From: Octopus sinensis
Taxonomy: Eukaryota
Length of the DNA: 64,000 bases
Reading direction: 5' to 3'
Assembly: GCF_006345805.1 (NCBI RefSeq)
Contig: NC_043000.1
Coordinates: forward strand, 16,988,001-17,052,000
Below the pieces are notes generated by a model. It saw only the letters and a program-made list of their open reading frames with translations. It was not told the DNA's origin and did not search any database. Shown here piece after piece: positions 63,455 through 64,000 of this stretch. The translations under genes and the position numbers were made by a program. How positions within the stretch are numbered: the stretch's first letter is position 1; each line of letters starts with the position of its first letter.

Positions 63455-63815
63455 CATGGCTGTGGTAAGAAGCTCGTTTTTCAACCTTATGATTCCAGGT
63501 TCAGTCCCACTACATGGCACATTGGGCAAGTGTCTTCTACTATAGCCCTGGGCCAACTAAAGTCCTGTGAGTGGATCTGGTAGGCGGAAACCGAAAGAAG
63601 CCCATCGTATATATGCATATATATCTATGTGTGTGTGTGTGTGTCTTTGTGTCTGTATTTGTCCCTCCCATCCCCACTTGACAACTAGTGTTGATGCATT
63701 TACGTCCCGGCAACTTAGCAGTTCAGCAAAAGAGACCGACAGAATAAGAATTAAGCTCAAAAAAAGTCCTGGGTTCAATTTGTTTGACTAAAACCTTACA
63801 AGGCAGTCGAACAAC
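63455..63815 (+). mobile_element. SINE family A, diverged
   Basis: Colinear with consensus. Confidence 0.75.
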
Positions 63816-64000
63816 AAACAAGAAAAGAGTGTGTGTGTGTGTGTGTATATGTATAGATAGATATAAATAGATAGAGATATAGATACAGACAGACAGACAG
63901 ACAGACAGGTAAAGATATGGTGCTGCTGCAATGGTACTACAGCAAAGAGTGATGATTCCATAGTTTAATGGTGGTGTTGTGGTGGTGGTAGTAAACAGTA

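Overview
AT-rich, microsatellite-dense eukaryotic DNA. The SINE repertoire looks like a coleoid cephalopod, probably Octopus; this is recognition, not a database result. No long ORF is credible: nearly all listed ORFs are microsatellite or SINE read-throughs. The window looks like the 5' part or a very large intron of a minus-strand gene. Support for this is one plausible phase-0 coding exon (1315-1431), several candidate non-coding exons and promoter-like motif clusters. The window is filled with tRNA-derived SINE families (here called A-E), non-autonomous Helitrons, piggyBac-, hAT- and Merlin-like MITEs, a deleted mariner, and Penelope-like fragments. The most notable observations are four: (1) a consensus recursive-splicing (ratchet) site with a 55-nt cryptic exon at about 13.0 kb, plus two weaker candidates; (2) minimal type I hammerhead-ribozyme folds at four loci, all with core substitutions; (3) a Helitron family with fixed termini, different internal cargo and a head-to-tail CTAG|TC junction; (4) two near-perfect fold-back palindromes, both built on the 3' tail of the same SINE family. 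Repeat boundaries were read by eye and may be off by a few bases.
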